A stretch of DNA of 63,277 bases, filler included, from Octopus bimaculoides (GCF_001194135.2; 6 parts of 6 records of this genome joined end to end with filler, not necessarily neighbours in it), one strand, 5' to 3'; shown: positions 49,410-62,170, counted from the whole stretch's first letter. Notes: generated from the sequence alone by a model not told the origin. Numbers and translations are program-made.

Positions 49410-49615
49410 CTAACATAGGGAAATGTCAGAAAGTTGGTGGAGACAGTCGATTAATATCTGTCCCCAGGACTTGACTATTGCTTCATGGTTTCGGTTTCTA
49501 GAAGGATGAAAGTCAAAGTTGTTCCCAGTGTGTTTTGAACTCAGAATGTAAAAAAGCCAGGAAAAAATATGCAAGGCATTTATTCAATGTTCTAATAAGT
49601 CGTCCAATCCACCAG
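49410..49615 (-). mobile_element. SINE family B, decayed
   Basis: Reverse-strand family B blocks (aaggatgaaagtcaaagtt; ttttgaactcagaatgtaaa). Confidence 0.7.
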
Positions 49616-50167
49616 CCTATGGATGATAATAATAATATTAATAGAATATTATTAAATAGGATAAAAGAATTTAAAAGATAATGCTAAAAGGAAGCGAAAA
49701 TGAAAGGACTTTAATTCCAACAACTAAAAGTCAGACAAAAAATCCAACACTCAAACATAAAAGGAAACAGAAAATATTTGTCATTGAGAAGCGAACTTAG
49801 ATGAATAGAGTAATGGCCAATTCAAGAACATTCGTTACTCCATACCACAAAGATAAGATAGCAATGTCTTGTGTTTTCTTTATAAACTTACAATTTCATT
49901 AAAACAAGGTATTCGTAGATACTCAAAAGTCGGATTCTGAATCTTGTTGAAAATGAAAACAACTAACGAAATAAAAGACCTCCTGCTCCATTTTTTTCTC
50001 TTTAAAACTAATTCTTTCCCCCTTTCAAACCCATTCAAAGCCCATTTAACTCGAATTGTTCAGCTGACGCTGGTTGACACCTCTCACTTTGTATAGTTTT
50101 TTAATACTTCTTTGTAGAAAAAGAATATTTAGGTAAATCCCCGTGGTTGATTTATATTTTATTTTAG

Positions 50168-50284
50168 AGGTTCTATTTGCAGTTAAAAGAAGAGCTGAAG
50201 GAAATTAAAAGTTTGTTATTTCAGGAACAGGACTCAACACAAGCATATCCAAATACTCCGTCGACGGCAATGCAACTACACTAA
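50168..50284 (+). CDS. Candidate terminal coding exon (short coiled-coil)
   Basis: gatttatattttattttag| phase 0 RFYLQLKEELKEIKSLLFQEQDSTQAYPNTPSTAMQLH*; AATAAA at 50294-50299. Confidence 0.5.
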   Translation, partial: RFYLQLKEELKEIKSLLFQEQDSTQAYPNTPSTAMQLH

Positions 50285-51069
50285 TTATAAAATAATAAAA
50301 AAAGATTTCTAACGTAACGAGATCAAATAATTTTGAGGAAATCGCGTAGAGATCAATGGCTCTCAATCTTTTTCACTTCGTGGTACACTTGGCATAAGAT
50401 AAATAATCANNNNNNNNNNNNNNNNNNNNNNNNNNNNNNNNNNNNNNNNNNNNNNNNNNNNNNNNNNNNNNNNNNNNNNNNNNNNNNNNNNNNNNNNNNN
50501 NNNNNNNNNNNNNNNNNNNNNNNNNNNNNNNNNNNNNNNNNNNNNNNNNNNNNNNCCTTCTTTTATTAATCATATTCGCATTTAATAAAATTATGAATAA
50601 CTCCGTTTTCAAGACAGTCTAACGTTAATATAGATTTTTCTAAAGACTTAAATCATAGCTCTAGAAATTTGCGAAACATGTGGCACTCTGTTTGAAAATC
50701 ACTTCCATGGCTGCTTCTGACAGAATGATAAAAGAAGAATGTCAAGTGACGTAATTAAATTTCACACGGAATTGTTTCCCTTATTTATTCTGTTGTCTTG
50801 TTCATGCCATTATTACTGATGACTGTCTTCTTGTGGATGTGGTTTGACAGAACCTGTCGATTTGCGGGCAAAATACCTCGAGGAAGTTAATTACATCCTT
50901 TTACGAACTGACTTTAAATCCTATTGAGAAAAACTTTCCTATTCATATTTTTGAAATATCATTGCATATTTTATTTTACATCCGAACATATCGTCCTCCT
51001 CCTCCTCGCAATAATTTTCTTTCTAATTTTGGCAAAAGACGAGAAATTTTGACGGGAGAGAAGACTAGT

Positions 51070-51200
51070 CTATTACATTGACCCCAGTGCCTAAGTGGTA
51101 CTTAATGTATTAGCCCAAAAGGGATGGAAGGCAAAGTTTATCTCCGCGTAGTTTGAACTCAATACGGAAGAATCATCAATAATTGCGTCCGACTTCCTCC
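51070..51200 (-). mobile_element. SINE family B, decayed
   Basis: ttacattgaccccagtgc...ggtactt...aaaagggatggaaggcaaagtt...tttgaactca. Confidence 0.7.
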
Positions 51201-52087
51201 TCCTAATAATAATAATTGTTTCTAATTTAGGTATAACACCAGCAGTTTTTTCAGTAGATTCTTCGTCGCTACGAACTATCTGCATCCTAGATCTTAAACT
51301 GGTACTTTATTTTAAGGAACCGAAGAAATATCACAAAATATCTTTTCACTTCGATAGATGCTGGCAATCCAACACGATCGTCCTATACAAGACATAGCAG
51401 TCAAATCTCTTCCAAATAGGCCCTACTGTTCTTGATTGTTTTATTTTGCTTCATCCTAAAAAGAGCATAAAATCAGATTATGTAGTCCTAGCTACCCTTT
51501 TACTGAAACTAAAAACCATACAGTTGTAACAACTGGAAGACCTTTGATTTAGTCGTTAAAAATATACACGCACACATATACAAGGACGTCTGCAAAATTT
51601 CGCATTTAATAAGGTGATATAATACGTTGGTAACACATTGAAAGATTAGAGAAAGTATATAAGCATGAGCTTGAACCCGCGATCTTTGTGAAGAAAGTAC
51701 AGTAGCTTCCTAACTGAGTTGGAAATTTGGTTTTAAACAGAAAGATAGAGCTCTGGGATAGAGAGACTGTTCTGAAATGCCTTGATTAACATATGTATAT
51801 ATGTGGTTTTAGCTTTACCTACTCCTACGTTGCTCAGCGCATTGGGTGTCGTAGTAATGTGATACATGCGTTGAAATATTCATTTGCTAGCGGTCACAAT
51901 AAGATATATCCTTAGAGATGTAGAGATGCTGTGAAATGTCTTAATTAACATATATAGAAACATGATACATACATTTAAATGTAATTTGCTAGCGGTCACT
52001 GTAAGGTGCAGAGGCACTTAGTATTGTTAACAGTGATGGTATTATTAACATTGTAATGTAGTTGTCATTAGTACACAAACAGTAAAC

Positions 52088-52528
52088 GCGGTGAACTGAC
52101 AGAAAGGTTAGCACGCCGGCGCTTAGCAGTATTTCGTCTGTCATTATGTTCTGAGTTCAAATTCCGTCGCGGTCGACTTTGCCTTTCATTCTTCGAGGTC
52201 GATAAATTAAGTACCAGTTGCGTACTGGGTCGATCTAATCGACTGCTCCGACCTCCTCAAAAATTTCGGGCCTTGTGCTTAGAGTAGAAAGGAATATAGT
52301 TGTCATTATTACACAAAGCGAGCTGGCAGAACCGTTAGCATGCCGAGCAAAATTCATAGCGGCATTTGGACCGCCTTTACGTTCTGAGTTCAAATTCCAC
52401 CGAGGTCGACGTTGCTTTTCATCCTTTCGGGGTCGATAGAATAAGTACCAGCTGAATAATAGGGTCGATGTCATCGACTTATTCGTCTCTACAAATTTCA
52501 GGCCTTGTTCCTATAGTAGAAAGGATTA
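52088..52528 (+). mobile_element. Two head-to-tail complete SINE family B copies (52088-52290 and 52317-52528)
   Basis: Each has head, gaggtcgac.ttgc.tttcat.cttt block, and ccttgt.c.ta.agtagaaagga.tat tail. Confidence 0.92.
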
Positions 52529-54115
52529 TGTGAGTACGGATAATCCAGCAAAACAGTTAATCTGTCAAGGATTTGGAAGCAAGGATATCGAAAAATCGGT
52601 GGTTTGTCTGTACATACATTGGAATTACGTAATTGTTTTAATATTAACTAATACGTAGTTAACAGTAACAAAAGAACACAGTGCTTAATTATATATATAT
52701 ATATATGCACTCAATAGCTTTCTAGTTATTTTTTCTCTCTTTTTTCATTTAAGATATTTCCGCATTATGGTAAAGAGGCCTGTTGCTAAATGGCTTTATT
52801 ATCATACACAGTAATATAGTACTTAGACTGAAATGTGGTCTGATAAAGTTTACTGAGAACTTTAGAGGTTAATAACACATCTAATATAGTTAACATTAAA
52901 ACAATAACAATAGGGCATAGAGTGTTAAATATATATACTTGATCTTTGTAGTTTTTTCAAGATAATTGTTGATACAGGATATGTACGGCAATAAGATAGG
53001 AAGAAAACTGTTGTTAAATCTGCCGGTTCTTGTTTTGAAAGACTGGAATAAAGACATGAGGCTATATTGAAAAATAAATCAATGTACACAGCTGTATTTT
53101 TTCATTGCTAGGATTTCAGAAAATAAGATAACAGAGGCCTTATTGCTGTACAGCGGAGACATTCACTGCTACTCGTAGGTTCATTCGCTGTTCAGTGTAA
53201 TCTTAGGAATGGCTTAGACAGTTAACACTTCTAGCTTGCAATGATGTTTTCCTCAAAGCACTGGAAGTCCCTTCCCACCCGCGTGTTTTCTTCAAGATAT
53301 CTGCTTGTTGGTCATAAATAGCATTGATCTCACCGATATGGATGGGTCTGCCATGATCGTTGTTGGTGCCTTTCTTCAAGACGAAGTTATAAAAATAAAA
53401 TCAACGTTATGGGTTTGCACCATGTGACCTTCAATTACAATAAGAAAAGAAAACGCGTTATTGCCTTCAATGTGTTTTTAGTAAATCCAAACATATTCTG
53501 CGGTACTCGCAAAGATGGTCAATCATCGCTAACACAGAAAAGGCTCCTGATATATTGTTGTTGTTGTTTTTGCTGCTATTTTGTTTCAATTTTGTTGCTA
53601 TTGTTGTCATTGGTTTTGTTGCTGTTATTGACGAATGATAATGTTTAGCCTTAACTCAACTCTGATTTATCAGACCTATGATGAATGTGGCAGCCATGAG
53701 CATTTTGTCTTTCTTTATATCAAGAACTACTTTGGACAACGCTCTTTCTCTATTTCACGCTGTGGAGTGTAATTTAAGGGAGTTGACTACAAAGGCGCTT
53801 CCATCGTGTCACGTGAATCGTCGAGTCTAAGTAAGTGAGGATTGACTTTTGCTTCATTCTCATGCATTTGAGAAATAGACAGATATAACAAAATACAGGC
53901 TCCCCTCTTCCCTTAAAATACAGCGTATTTCCGTCGTCTCATAAAGAAAATGATGCTCAAATGAAATAATAATGCTTTTAATACTAGATCAGAAATTTTT
54001 ATTGAATGGTGCGTTAGCATTCGATTAGATCTACCTCAATATTTGACTGTTTCGTTACTGTAACACTTCGACTGAAGTCGGAACGTGAAGGCTCGGAACA
54101 AATAAGGCTCTAACT

Positions 54116-54352
54116 CAATGGTTCTCAACCATTTTTACCTATGATTCCTATTTTACTCCACTGGACCCCATAGCCATTTGATGTGTATAAAGAAAAATTC
54201 TACTGTTTTTTGTATAAGTAGATATTATTAATAATTGAATTTTTTTATTAGAATATTTTGTGTATTGTAAGCAATGCATTGCATATCAATCTTAATAAGA
54301 AAATCCTATATGGACCACCAACGGCCATATGGACCCCGGTAGAGAACCCCTG
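54116..54352. mobile_element. hAT MITE related to 23823-24699
   Basis: TIRs caatggttctcaacc / ggtagagaacccctg; shared ggacccc.atagccatt.gatgt interior. No clear TSD. Confidence 0.75.
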
Positions 54353-54769
54353 CTCACTGATTATTCACGTCTCTTTGTGAAGTAATGGTTTGTCGTTAAG
54401 AAACAGCATCAATAGTATTATGGGGAAAAAGTTTAGTTGATACTATCAACCCTACTACTTGACTTTTTTTTCATTTTATCGACCATCGAGGAGTGAGGAG
54501 CCAAAGTTAACCTCAATTGCAATTGAACTCACAATATAAAAGGCCTAAATAAATATCCTAAGGCATATTGTCCGATATTTTAATGATCCTGCTATGCTAT
54601 CACTTTAATAAAAATAATAAACCAGGAATTTCGCAGGAGGGGGGAAATCGATTACATCGATCCCAGTGCTCACAGTGGAGGTTAGGAAGAATAAAAACAA
54701 GCACATTGTCTCCGGCGACTCAGTCTTGGAAAAAAACACTACGAAGATGGCTGAGCCAAACTCTTGGAG

Positions 54770-54940
54770 GAGATTCATAATCGAAATGTCAATCCCGACA
54801 GACGATAATGTATTTCTAAAACAAATGGAGAAACTATTCAAATATAAGTATCTGGAAATATAAATAACCAGAATATGGGGGTTGGAAATAGAAACAGTCC
54901 TCGTAATAAGATGCGCCTTGGGAACGATTAAAAGATGCAG
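54770..54940 (+). mobile_element. R4/Dong-type LINE C-terminal restriction-like endonuclease fragment
   Basis: FIIEMSIPTDDNVFLKQMEKLFKYKYLEI*ITRIWGLEIETVLVIRCALGTIK. Confidence 0.8.
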
Positions 54941-54945
54941 ACTTA

Positions 54946-55160
54946 CGAGGGGTTACCCAAAAGTTCCTGGTTTTGGGTAAAAGAAAATGCAGAAACATCA
55001 GTTGATTATGATTTTATTCAACGTATTCCCCTCTCAGATTCACACTTATTACAGTGGCCCTTCAGTTTTTCTAAGCCTTGTAAAAGAACTCAGAAAGTTG
55101 GGCATCAAACCAGCCCTTTCGCGACACCCTTAAAGCTAGGAACTTTTCAGCACCACCTCG
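54946..55160. mobile_element. mariner-derived MITE (215 bp)
   Basis: TA|cgaggggttacccaaaagttcctgg ... ctaggaacttttcagcaccacctcg|TA. Confidence 0.88.
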
Positions 55161-55182
55161 TATATGTTTTAAATTTATTGAG

Positions 55183-55330
55183 GGCGGTAGATTGACAGCA
55201 TTGTTATGTGTCGGGCAGAAATGATCTGCAGTATTTTCTCCGCCTCTTTACGATCTGAGTTCAAACCCTATTGGGGCCAATAAAATGGAGTTCCAGTGAG
55301 AAATTGTGTCGATGGTATCGACTGGCACTG
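55183..55330 (+). mobile_element. SINE family B, decayed
   Basis: ggcggtagattgacagc...gagttcaaaccc. Confidence 0.65.
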
Positions 55331-55749
55331 GAAAATGTGATATGAATGAAAAGCAGACACAGAATGTTTGGCTTAGTAACACCTTCACAACAAAAATGTT
55401 ATTCCATCGATATCTTAAAAGTTTTGAAAATATAAATTCGCTAAGTAAATAACTGAATTACCGAAAGCAGATAACTTTCGGAAGGAATTTGGGGCAGGGT
55501 GAGAGTGGGACACTGATTATGCATCTTTCCGAATCCAACTTGTAAACAATCCACAAGAGTTCAACATTTCAAACGCGCCATGTCAGACACCGTCACCGAC
55601 CTGTCGTGAAATTTTCTCGAGGCCAGGGCTTCTCTCTCTACCCCTCGCCTCCTCTTTCAAGTGATGCTCAAATAAGTTGAAGAAAGCTTCTTTCGAAATT
55701 TAACCTTTGAAATGGCAAATCATTCATCTACACAGTTTAGTTTGTAATC

Positions 55750-56527
55750 TGAGAAAAATTACAAGCGGTTATACACCTGAGACAGAAGCTGGATACTCAG
55801 CTCAGGCCTGTAACGATGACATGGCAAAACACAAGGGATTTCTAGAAAACAAATAAATCTATTAATACCAAGGGTAAGGGACAAAGAAACCCCAAATATT
55901 AGAATAAGAAAACAAATACATAAAAATTTAGGAAATTTAATATCAAAGGAAAACGTAACTCTTGGCAATAAGCGAGAGATTACGACAAGATAACTTAGAA
56001 AAGACATGAGGTATTAAATGATTTGAGAAGCGTGAATGCTTCTTTAAACAAAGAGAACTATTTGAAAGAATCCTAAAAACTTTCTACAGAAGATTAAAGT
56101 AACTCAAACATGGAGATTAAAGAATGACCAACAAAACCTGAAGTAGAGAAATATTGTGGAGACATTTGGAAGGAAGTTGTCTGTTATAACAACAACTCAA
56201 CGAGGATTACGGAGGAGATTCAATAAGAAAGGGGGTAAGTAAGAATGGAGAAATATTTGAAGAGGGGAAATGACCTTAACATTAACGAAGCAAATATCCC
56301 AACAACTGGAATTGGCAGAATGCAAACTTGTGAAATATCGAAAAGAAACCAGACACCTTTCAACACCTATTGGTCTAACCACATCCCATCAAGGTGGGTA
56401 TTGTCAAGTAAAACAGCATTTCTCTCTAAATGCTTTAGTTACTGCCAAATCTATGCTCTACAGGCCGGATAGTTTTCTGTTAACAATGTGTGTGNNNNNN
56501 NNNNAGAAACTGTAAAAAATTGCCATT

Positions 56528-56561
<34 letters not shown>

Positions 56562-58000
56562 TGTATTTGTGTGTGTGTATCGGAGGTACGAATTTCAGGA
56601 TTCCAGGAGGAAAATTGAGAATTCCAGTGAGAAAATTGTTTTAACTTTAAAAAATACTTTTGTTGCTATAATTTTTGTCTGAAGATATAAGGATATTACA
56701 AGATAAGATCTCTGGAGATGATCAGAAAATATATCTTAAAGTACCATAAAATACCAAAGTAGTATTAGAAAACGTTAGAAGAGAAAAGCATTTCAACATG
56801 AAATATAACTATAGAATAGCTTTTGAGAGTAGTTCCACATCTGTATAATTAAAGAAACAGAAAGCAAATATACTTCTGCAAGTTTGAATGTGTAACGAAA
56901 TGTCGGTCTTGCCGTGGAAAACTGAAAAGTAGATGCATTGCTGGAAAAGCATAACAGTTGCCGAAACTCATTAAGATGGAGCCTCACTGCTCCACTCCTA
57001 TCCCTATTTGCTTCTTAATCTAACAGTGACAAGCCTTAGTGAGAACTTTTGTTTATGGATGACTCAAAATTACACGCAAAAGATAACTAAGCAGAGAGGT
57101 GTTATGCATACAATAGAGTTTCGGCAAAGCTAATCATTTGAACATGGAAGTTGAGAAGTGTGTCAAAATCACAAAGAAGTAAACATAAGCAAGCGACTAA
57201 TAAAGAAATGAATCTTAAGTATCAGTAAAACAAATTTAAATACGCAAAAAATATTCGGTAAATTAATGAGTGAAAACATTTAAACAGAAAACCGTACGAA
57301 AATCAGACTATTATTACGAATAGGACACAATAATTAATACAAATACACTAATTGTATTAGAAATTAGTAAAGTTTTCTAGCCTTGTACCAAAAATTTGAA
57401 ACCAATTAGCAAGTTTCACTGTAATAAAATGTAGAAATATCAAAAATATGGATACGGAAACCAAGGAAACTTATGACCGGTTTCAAATTACGCCACTCTT
57501 CATTTTGATATAGACAGAATAAATTATCTCGCACGCAAGTTATAATGAATCTCGTCGCACAAACTAGAAACATTCTTATAAAACCTATAGAATATGAGTA
57601 AGGAAATAAAACATAGTCGACGATAAAGGAATACTCAAACAAATTGTTTAAGAAACATGATATCAACAATAACCTATTGTTTAAAATATAATTAGACAAT
57701 CAGGTTTATAATATAAACACAGGAGAGAATAAAAGGAAACATTGTAGCAGAAAAGAAAAAAGAAACAGATAACAAAATACATCTATTAAACGGACACTCG
57801 AGTAGATATCTATTAGATTACTTATCTAAATTCGAGCAAGAAAGGACAAGATTGTGACAAGTGTCAAAAGAAGCGAAGCAATGTAGCTTACCTGTACTTC
57901 AGAAAAAAACGGAGAAAGAGGAATTATAAACATTGAGATGAACAAGAGATACATCAAACTAGGCTAGTTCACCAGTTTGGTCAAGAGGGTCTACTCCTTC
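55750..58000 (+). mobile_element. Decayed R4/Dong-type LINE (N-terminal region plus RT), interrupted at about 57350-57720
   Basis: RELFERNPKNFYRRL; EKYCGDIW; YRPDSFL; YRIAF.SVPH; LFMDDSKLHAKD; FGKA; LYF..K.GERGIINIE. Confidence 0.8.
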
Positions 58001-58329
58001 AGAGGGCAATTACAGAGTATAATAACATAAAATTATTTTCTGAAATAAAATAAAATCAACTCCCTCTCGCTATTTCTGACAACCACCATTTTCTACACAG
58101 ACACACGCAAACGTACATTAGTGTTTGATACATGCATATATATATATATATATATATTCATTAGAAATGCATTTCTAATGAATAATACACAGTCTATTGA
58201 CTGTTTTTNNNNNNNNNNNNNNNNNNNNNNNNNNNNNNNNNNNNNNNNNNNNTTAATTAATTAANNNNNNNNNNNNNNNNNNNNNNNNNNNNNNNNNNNN
58301 NNNNNNNNATATATATATATATATATAAT

Positions 58330-58890
58330 TATATGATTGAACGCCACGCATCCTCTTCCAAGTAAGTTTTATCTTAATAATTCTGATGCGCACTCTATGC
58401 GATCTCTACTCTTTCGTTTTTCTCTTTCTCTTATTCTTTTTCTCCCCTCTTCTCCACTATTCTATCCTATTACTCTGTCACTCTCTCTCCCTCACTCCTC
58501 CCTTGTTCACGTGGCTCTCACGTGACCACCGGCCATATTTCTTCTCTTGTTGCTTTCTCTCCGTTGTAGCTTGAACAAGAAAGATGTGTTCTTGTTTGTC
58601 TCCTGTCCGAGCTTGATTTCTGCGTTCGCCACCACAACCTCGTTTAGGCTTAGCAGCCCCTTCCTGTTTGTTTTCACTGTCCTGTTTGTGTTACCAATTT
58701 TGATCCTCCGCAAAATCCCAAATTTTATTTAATTTGCTTTGCAGGAGCAACTGTTTTATCGAAAGCGTATATTGTTGTCAAATGCTCGAAATACGAGAGT
58801 AGAAAAACAGCCAACAACTGATGAAAGGTCGTTTTTTTTATGTTGCTTGTCTTGTTTTCCATTTGTGTCCTTCGTTGTTCGAAAAAATAG
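58330..58890 (+). repeat. Penelope-like pLTR-derived repeat
   Basis: Pyrimidine-rich arm with cacgtgacc as at 27300; cgaaagcgta...caacaactgatgaaagg; the tail matches 23005-23070. Confidence 0.5.
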
Positions 58891-59104
58891 TTAATATTGC
58901 ATATACTCGTATTTTTTTTTATTTATTGTCCACGTTTCCTGACGTCCTGTGTCCACATGCATGCATATATATAGTTGTGTTTTGAGGTGGGGGAATTTCT
59001 TTAGTTGGTGAAGGAACGATGACAGTGTACAGTAGAGAGACCTCTTTAGTCTTCCTGAGGACAAGACCTCTCTTTCTGGTGTACATTTGCTCTGTGAAGT
59101 GTTG

Positions 59105-59123
59105 CTGACAGACGGCGTCCAGC

Positions 59124-59168
<45 letters not shown>

Positions 59169-59295
59169 TTGTCAAAAATTGAACGTGTAAGCGAGATGTC
59201 AGCTGCCTAGTGGGTACTAACTCTGAATAAAAACTGCATTGAAGCGTGACGACTCATCCAGATCGTACCAGCATGGAAAAACGGACAAAATGAAT
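59105..59295 (+). mobile_element. RTE-type 3' tail with an expanded internal A-run
   Basis: ggcgtccagctgtaaa(A)n ... ccagcatggaaaaacggac matches the RTE 3' end seen reversed at 2593-2720. Confidence 0.7.
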
Positions 59296-59770
59296 TAAAT
59301 ATGTTTGAGTATCAATCTTTATGTCTGTCTATTTTTTCAGTGTTCTCACACGCACATCTAAGTCTCGGATCAGTCATGATTGATCGTGTATCTGCACTCG
59401 GATATTTCCTCATCAACGTGTACAAAACGAAGAAGATGCTTTTATGGATGGCCAATAGATACTCGTGCAAAAGACCGGTTCTGTCTCCGTCACTGATACT
59501 CTCAAAGGAAACGACCAGGGTTGATACAGTTTGGTGCTAGTACCAGTATAGGCGATAAGAGCTCAAAACAAGCTGAAGCAAATATTTTAAAGCGTTTGTC
59601 CAACACACTAACAATTCTGCAAATCCAGCGTCCTTGACTCTTATTGCACCCGCATAAAAATTATTTGGTAACTGTCACAACTTACTTCCGATTGTATAGA
59701 AACGAACTGATGCCATGTTCGCCTTGAAATAGACAATCATAGAAAATACATAATTGAGATAGCGAGTTAA

Positions 59771-59979
59771 CCTTTTCACATTTAAACTGGCCATATCACG
59801 CTCAGAATTCCACCTGTTTCATGTTCAAACCGGTCAGACATGGCCCCTCAGCCATAACCTACAATGTCATTCTAAAAATAATCACATCGAAATCTCGAAG
59901 CTACGAGATAATGCATGAATGGCTAAAAACGTGAATAAATAAGCATTACATTTGATAGAGTAATGTGAATGATAAAGTT
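59771..59979. mobile_element. TTAA-flanked MITE (piggyBac-like ends, decayed)
   Basis: TTAA|ccttttcacatt ... aatgtgaatgataaagt|TTAA. Confidence 0.55.
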
Positions 59980-60139
59980 TTAAATTTATATACTGAAAGG
60001 TTTTTCTTCTTCGTATGAGCAGTATTTGTAGGTCCATCAATTCATATATATTTCAAATCTTTGCTTAAACCACTGAAAGGAATATTAAAACTTTGAATGA
60101 GAGAAATATATTAGGTCTTCAAGTATGAAATTTGTAGAA

Positions 60140-60480
60140 AAGAAAAAACTCCTGTAGTTTCGCCAATGTCATTTTTGCGATGTGTGGTCTGGCGTTGTCC
60201 TGCAATAAAATAGGAGTGGATCTGTTGACTAATCTAGGCTGTTTTTTTTTGTAAGTTTCTGCATCATTTAGTCCAGTTAGTTGCTGTATACTGCGGCCGT
60301 GATTGATGAGCCAGGTTTAATGAAATCGTAGTCGATCACATCTGCGCCAGACCACCAAACACACACCATCTTCTTTTGATGAATTTTGCTTTTTGGACGG
60401 TTTTGGTGACTCGTCTTTAACCAACCATTGCGCTGAACGTTTACGGTTGCTGTATTGGATCCATTTCTCATCACATATTA
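60140..60480 (-). mobile_element. mariner transposase fragment (Hsmar1/cecropia-like)
   Basis: CDEKWIQYSNRKRSAQWL; IHQKKMVCVWW; PGSSITAAVYSN; RLVNRSTPILLQDNARPH. Confidence 0.9.
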
Positions 60481-60499
60481 CAATTCGATTAAAAAATCC

Positions 60500-62170
60500 T
60501 CGACTACGAGTGTATACATCCCAATTTATTGAAAGATATATCTCACTTCAATCCGAAATCATCGTTCTCAGTGATATCAACACTCACAACTCGTGGTTCT
60601 CATGCTTATCCCATACCGATGTCACTGGTGCAGAACCATAATCTTTTGTAATCTTCACGTCTCTACATGAACTTGTTCAACGCCCCCCACTTACACGCAT
60701 CCCAGATAATCACACAGTTACGACCCGCCAAATACCCTTGATCTATTCCCCACCATCTAATTTCTTCTAAAGCGTAACTGTTTCAGTATTTATTGAATAA
60801 TCCGACGACTGCTTCATCCCAACCATCCATCACACATGGACCAACCACCCAACGCTTCTACCTCTGGTTTTAAGAGACTTTAAAGTCAACCGACTGATTG
60901 AATCTTCGTCAGTTCTATGGTGCTGATCCACATGCCTCTCTCGACAAAAGCTCAGTTTCCTAAGTTCTTTTCCTCGCAAGTGGTTCACTCATAGCTACAG
61001 TGCAGCTCTTTGGGTAAAACTCAAGGCCTGCAATACCTGGAGAAACTAATTCATTAAAAAAAAACAAAACAAAACAAAAAAGCAAAACAAAACAAAAACC
61101 CTATATGGTATTTATTCAGTAACGCAACACTTGCAAGATCATTATCAGAACTGCGAAGGATGTCTTTGTGCATTGCAATCCTGAAATTACCTCATATCTC
61201 AAATCAATATTTTGGCTCCCTAGTGGTCCTCTAGTAAAAGAATGATCACCAACGTTGCGAAAACCTCTGCATCTCCACTTCTCAAAAACAAGTGTTCTGT
61301 GAGCCATATACCTCGAGGAGAAAGCCTCCGCTTTCACTGATCATTTTACGTCAAACTCTACACTGTACACGCCTAGTAAATTTCCTCCAAATTTATCAGA
61401 CACCAGCCCACCAGGTTCACGATCTTACATACTCATAAGCCAAGCGTGAAAGTACTTCCAGTTGTTTCGAAACAATGACATCACCGGTTCAGATAATCTC
61501 CTTTCTATTAACCTCAAACGTTATGCTCAAAAGTCGATTTCTATGCTCACGAAATCAGTACGCGGAAGCTTTTATACGATAAACAGGTCACATAAGACAT
61601 GGGTCATTATCACACAGGTTGCACTACTAAATATAAAAAAAAATCAAAGTAATTTTTCGTTGGTGTGTCATTCAGAAAGTGTCGCGGGCCACAGTTTGCC
61701 CAGGCTTGCACTGAACTCTTCGATCTCCCTCTCATCACAGGAATATACCCTGGCTTTTGGAAACGCGTTACTGAATATCATATTTCCAAGAGAGGCAACT
61801 CCTGTAATACTGTCCCCTATCGTTCTATTGCTCTCCCTTTCAATACCACACTGATTATTGAACACAGCCGTTAACAGCGGTGTTCTCCATCTTGAATCGT
61901 TTTCTCTTTAATGATCACCAGTATGGTTTCAGTAAAGCCATATGCACGAAAGACCTAGTTTCCTATGTCAGCTACCAGTGGGCTTTCGACTCACAAAAAT
62001 TTGGGAAAAACAACATTTTCATCCTCAATAGCAGCAAAATTTTCGACGGTTTGGCATGTGAATCTCTTATCGAAATTTTCCACCTGTAGACCTTATCATC
62101 TTGTATATTAACTCTGGGATCGGTAGCTTCCAATCGTATCACACCGTTGCGTTGTAGGCTGACGCAAATC
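60500..62170 (+). mobile_element. Decayed APE plus RT LINE (Jockey/CR1/L2 group)
   Basis: APE: EIIVLSDINTHN, LTRIPD..NTLDLF. RT: SKRG..YRSIAL, DHQYGFSK, SKIFDGL. Internal deletions. Confidence 0.85.

Noticed and set aside
50750-50890. Transmembrane-like frame IVSLIYSVVLFMPLLLMTVFLWMWF
   Set aside because: No usable acceptor or start after the upstream stop; T-rich composition explains it.
58891-59175. Poly-T plus ACAG as a strong minus-strand acceptor, or poly(A) tail of a retrocopy
   Set aside because: The A-run is an expansion inside an RTE-type 3' tail (ggcgtccagctgtaaa...ccagcatggaaaaacggac), and no TSD was found.
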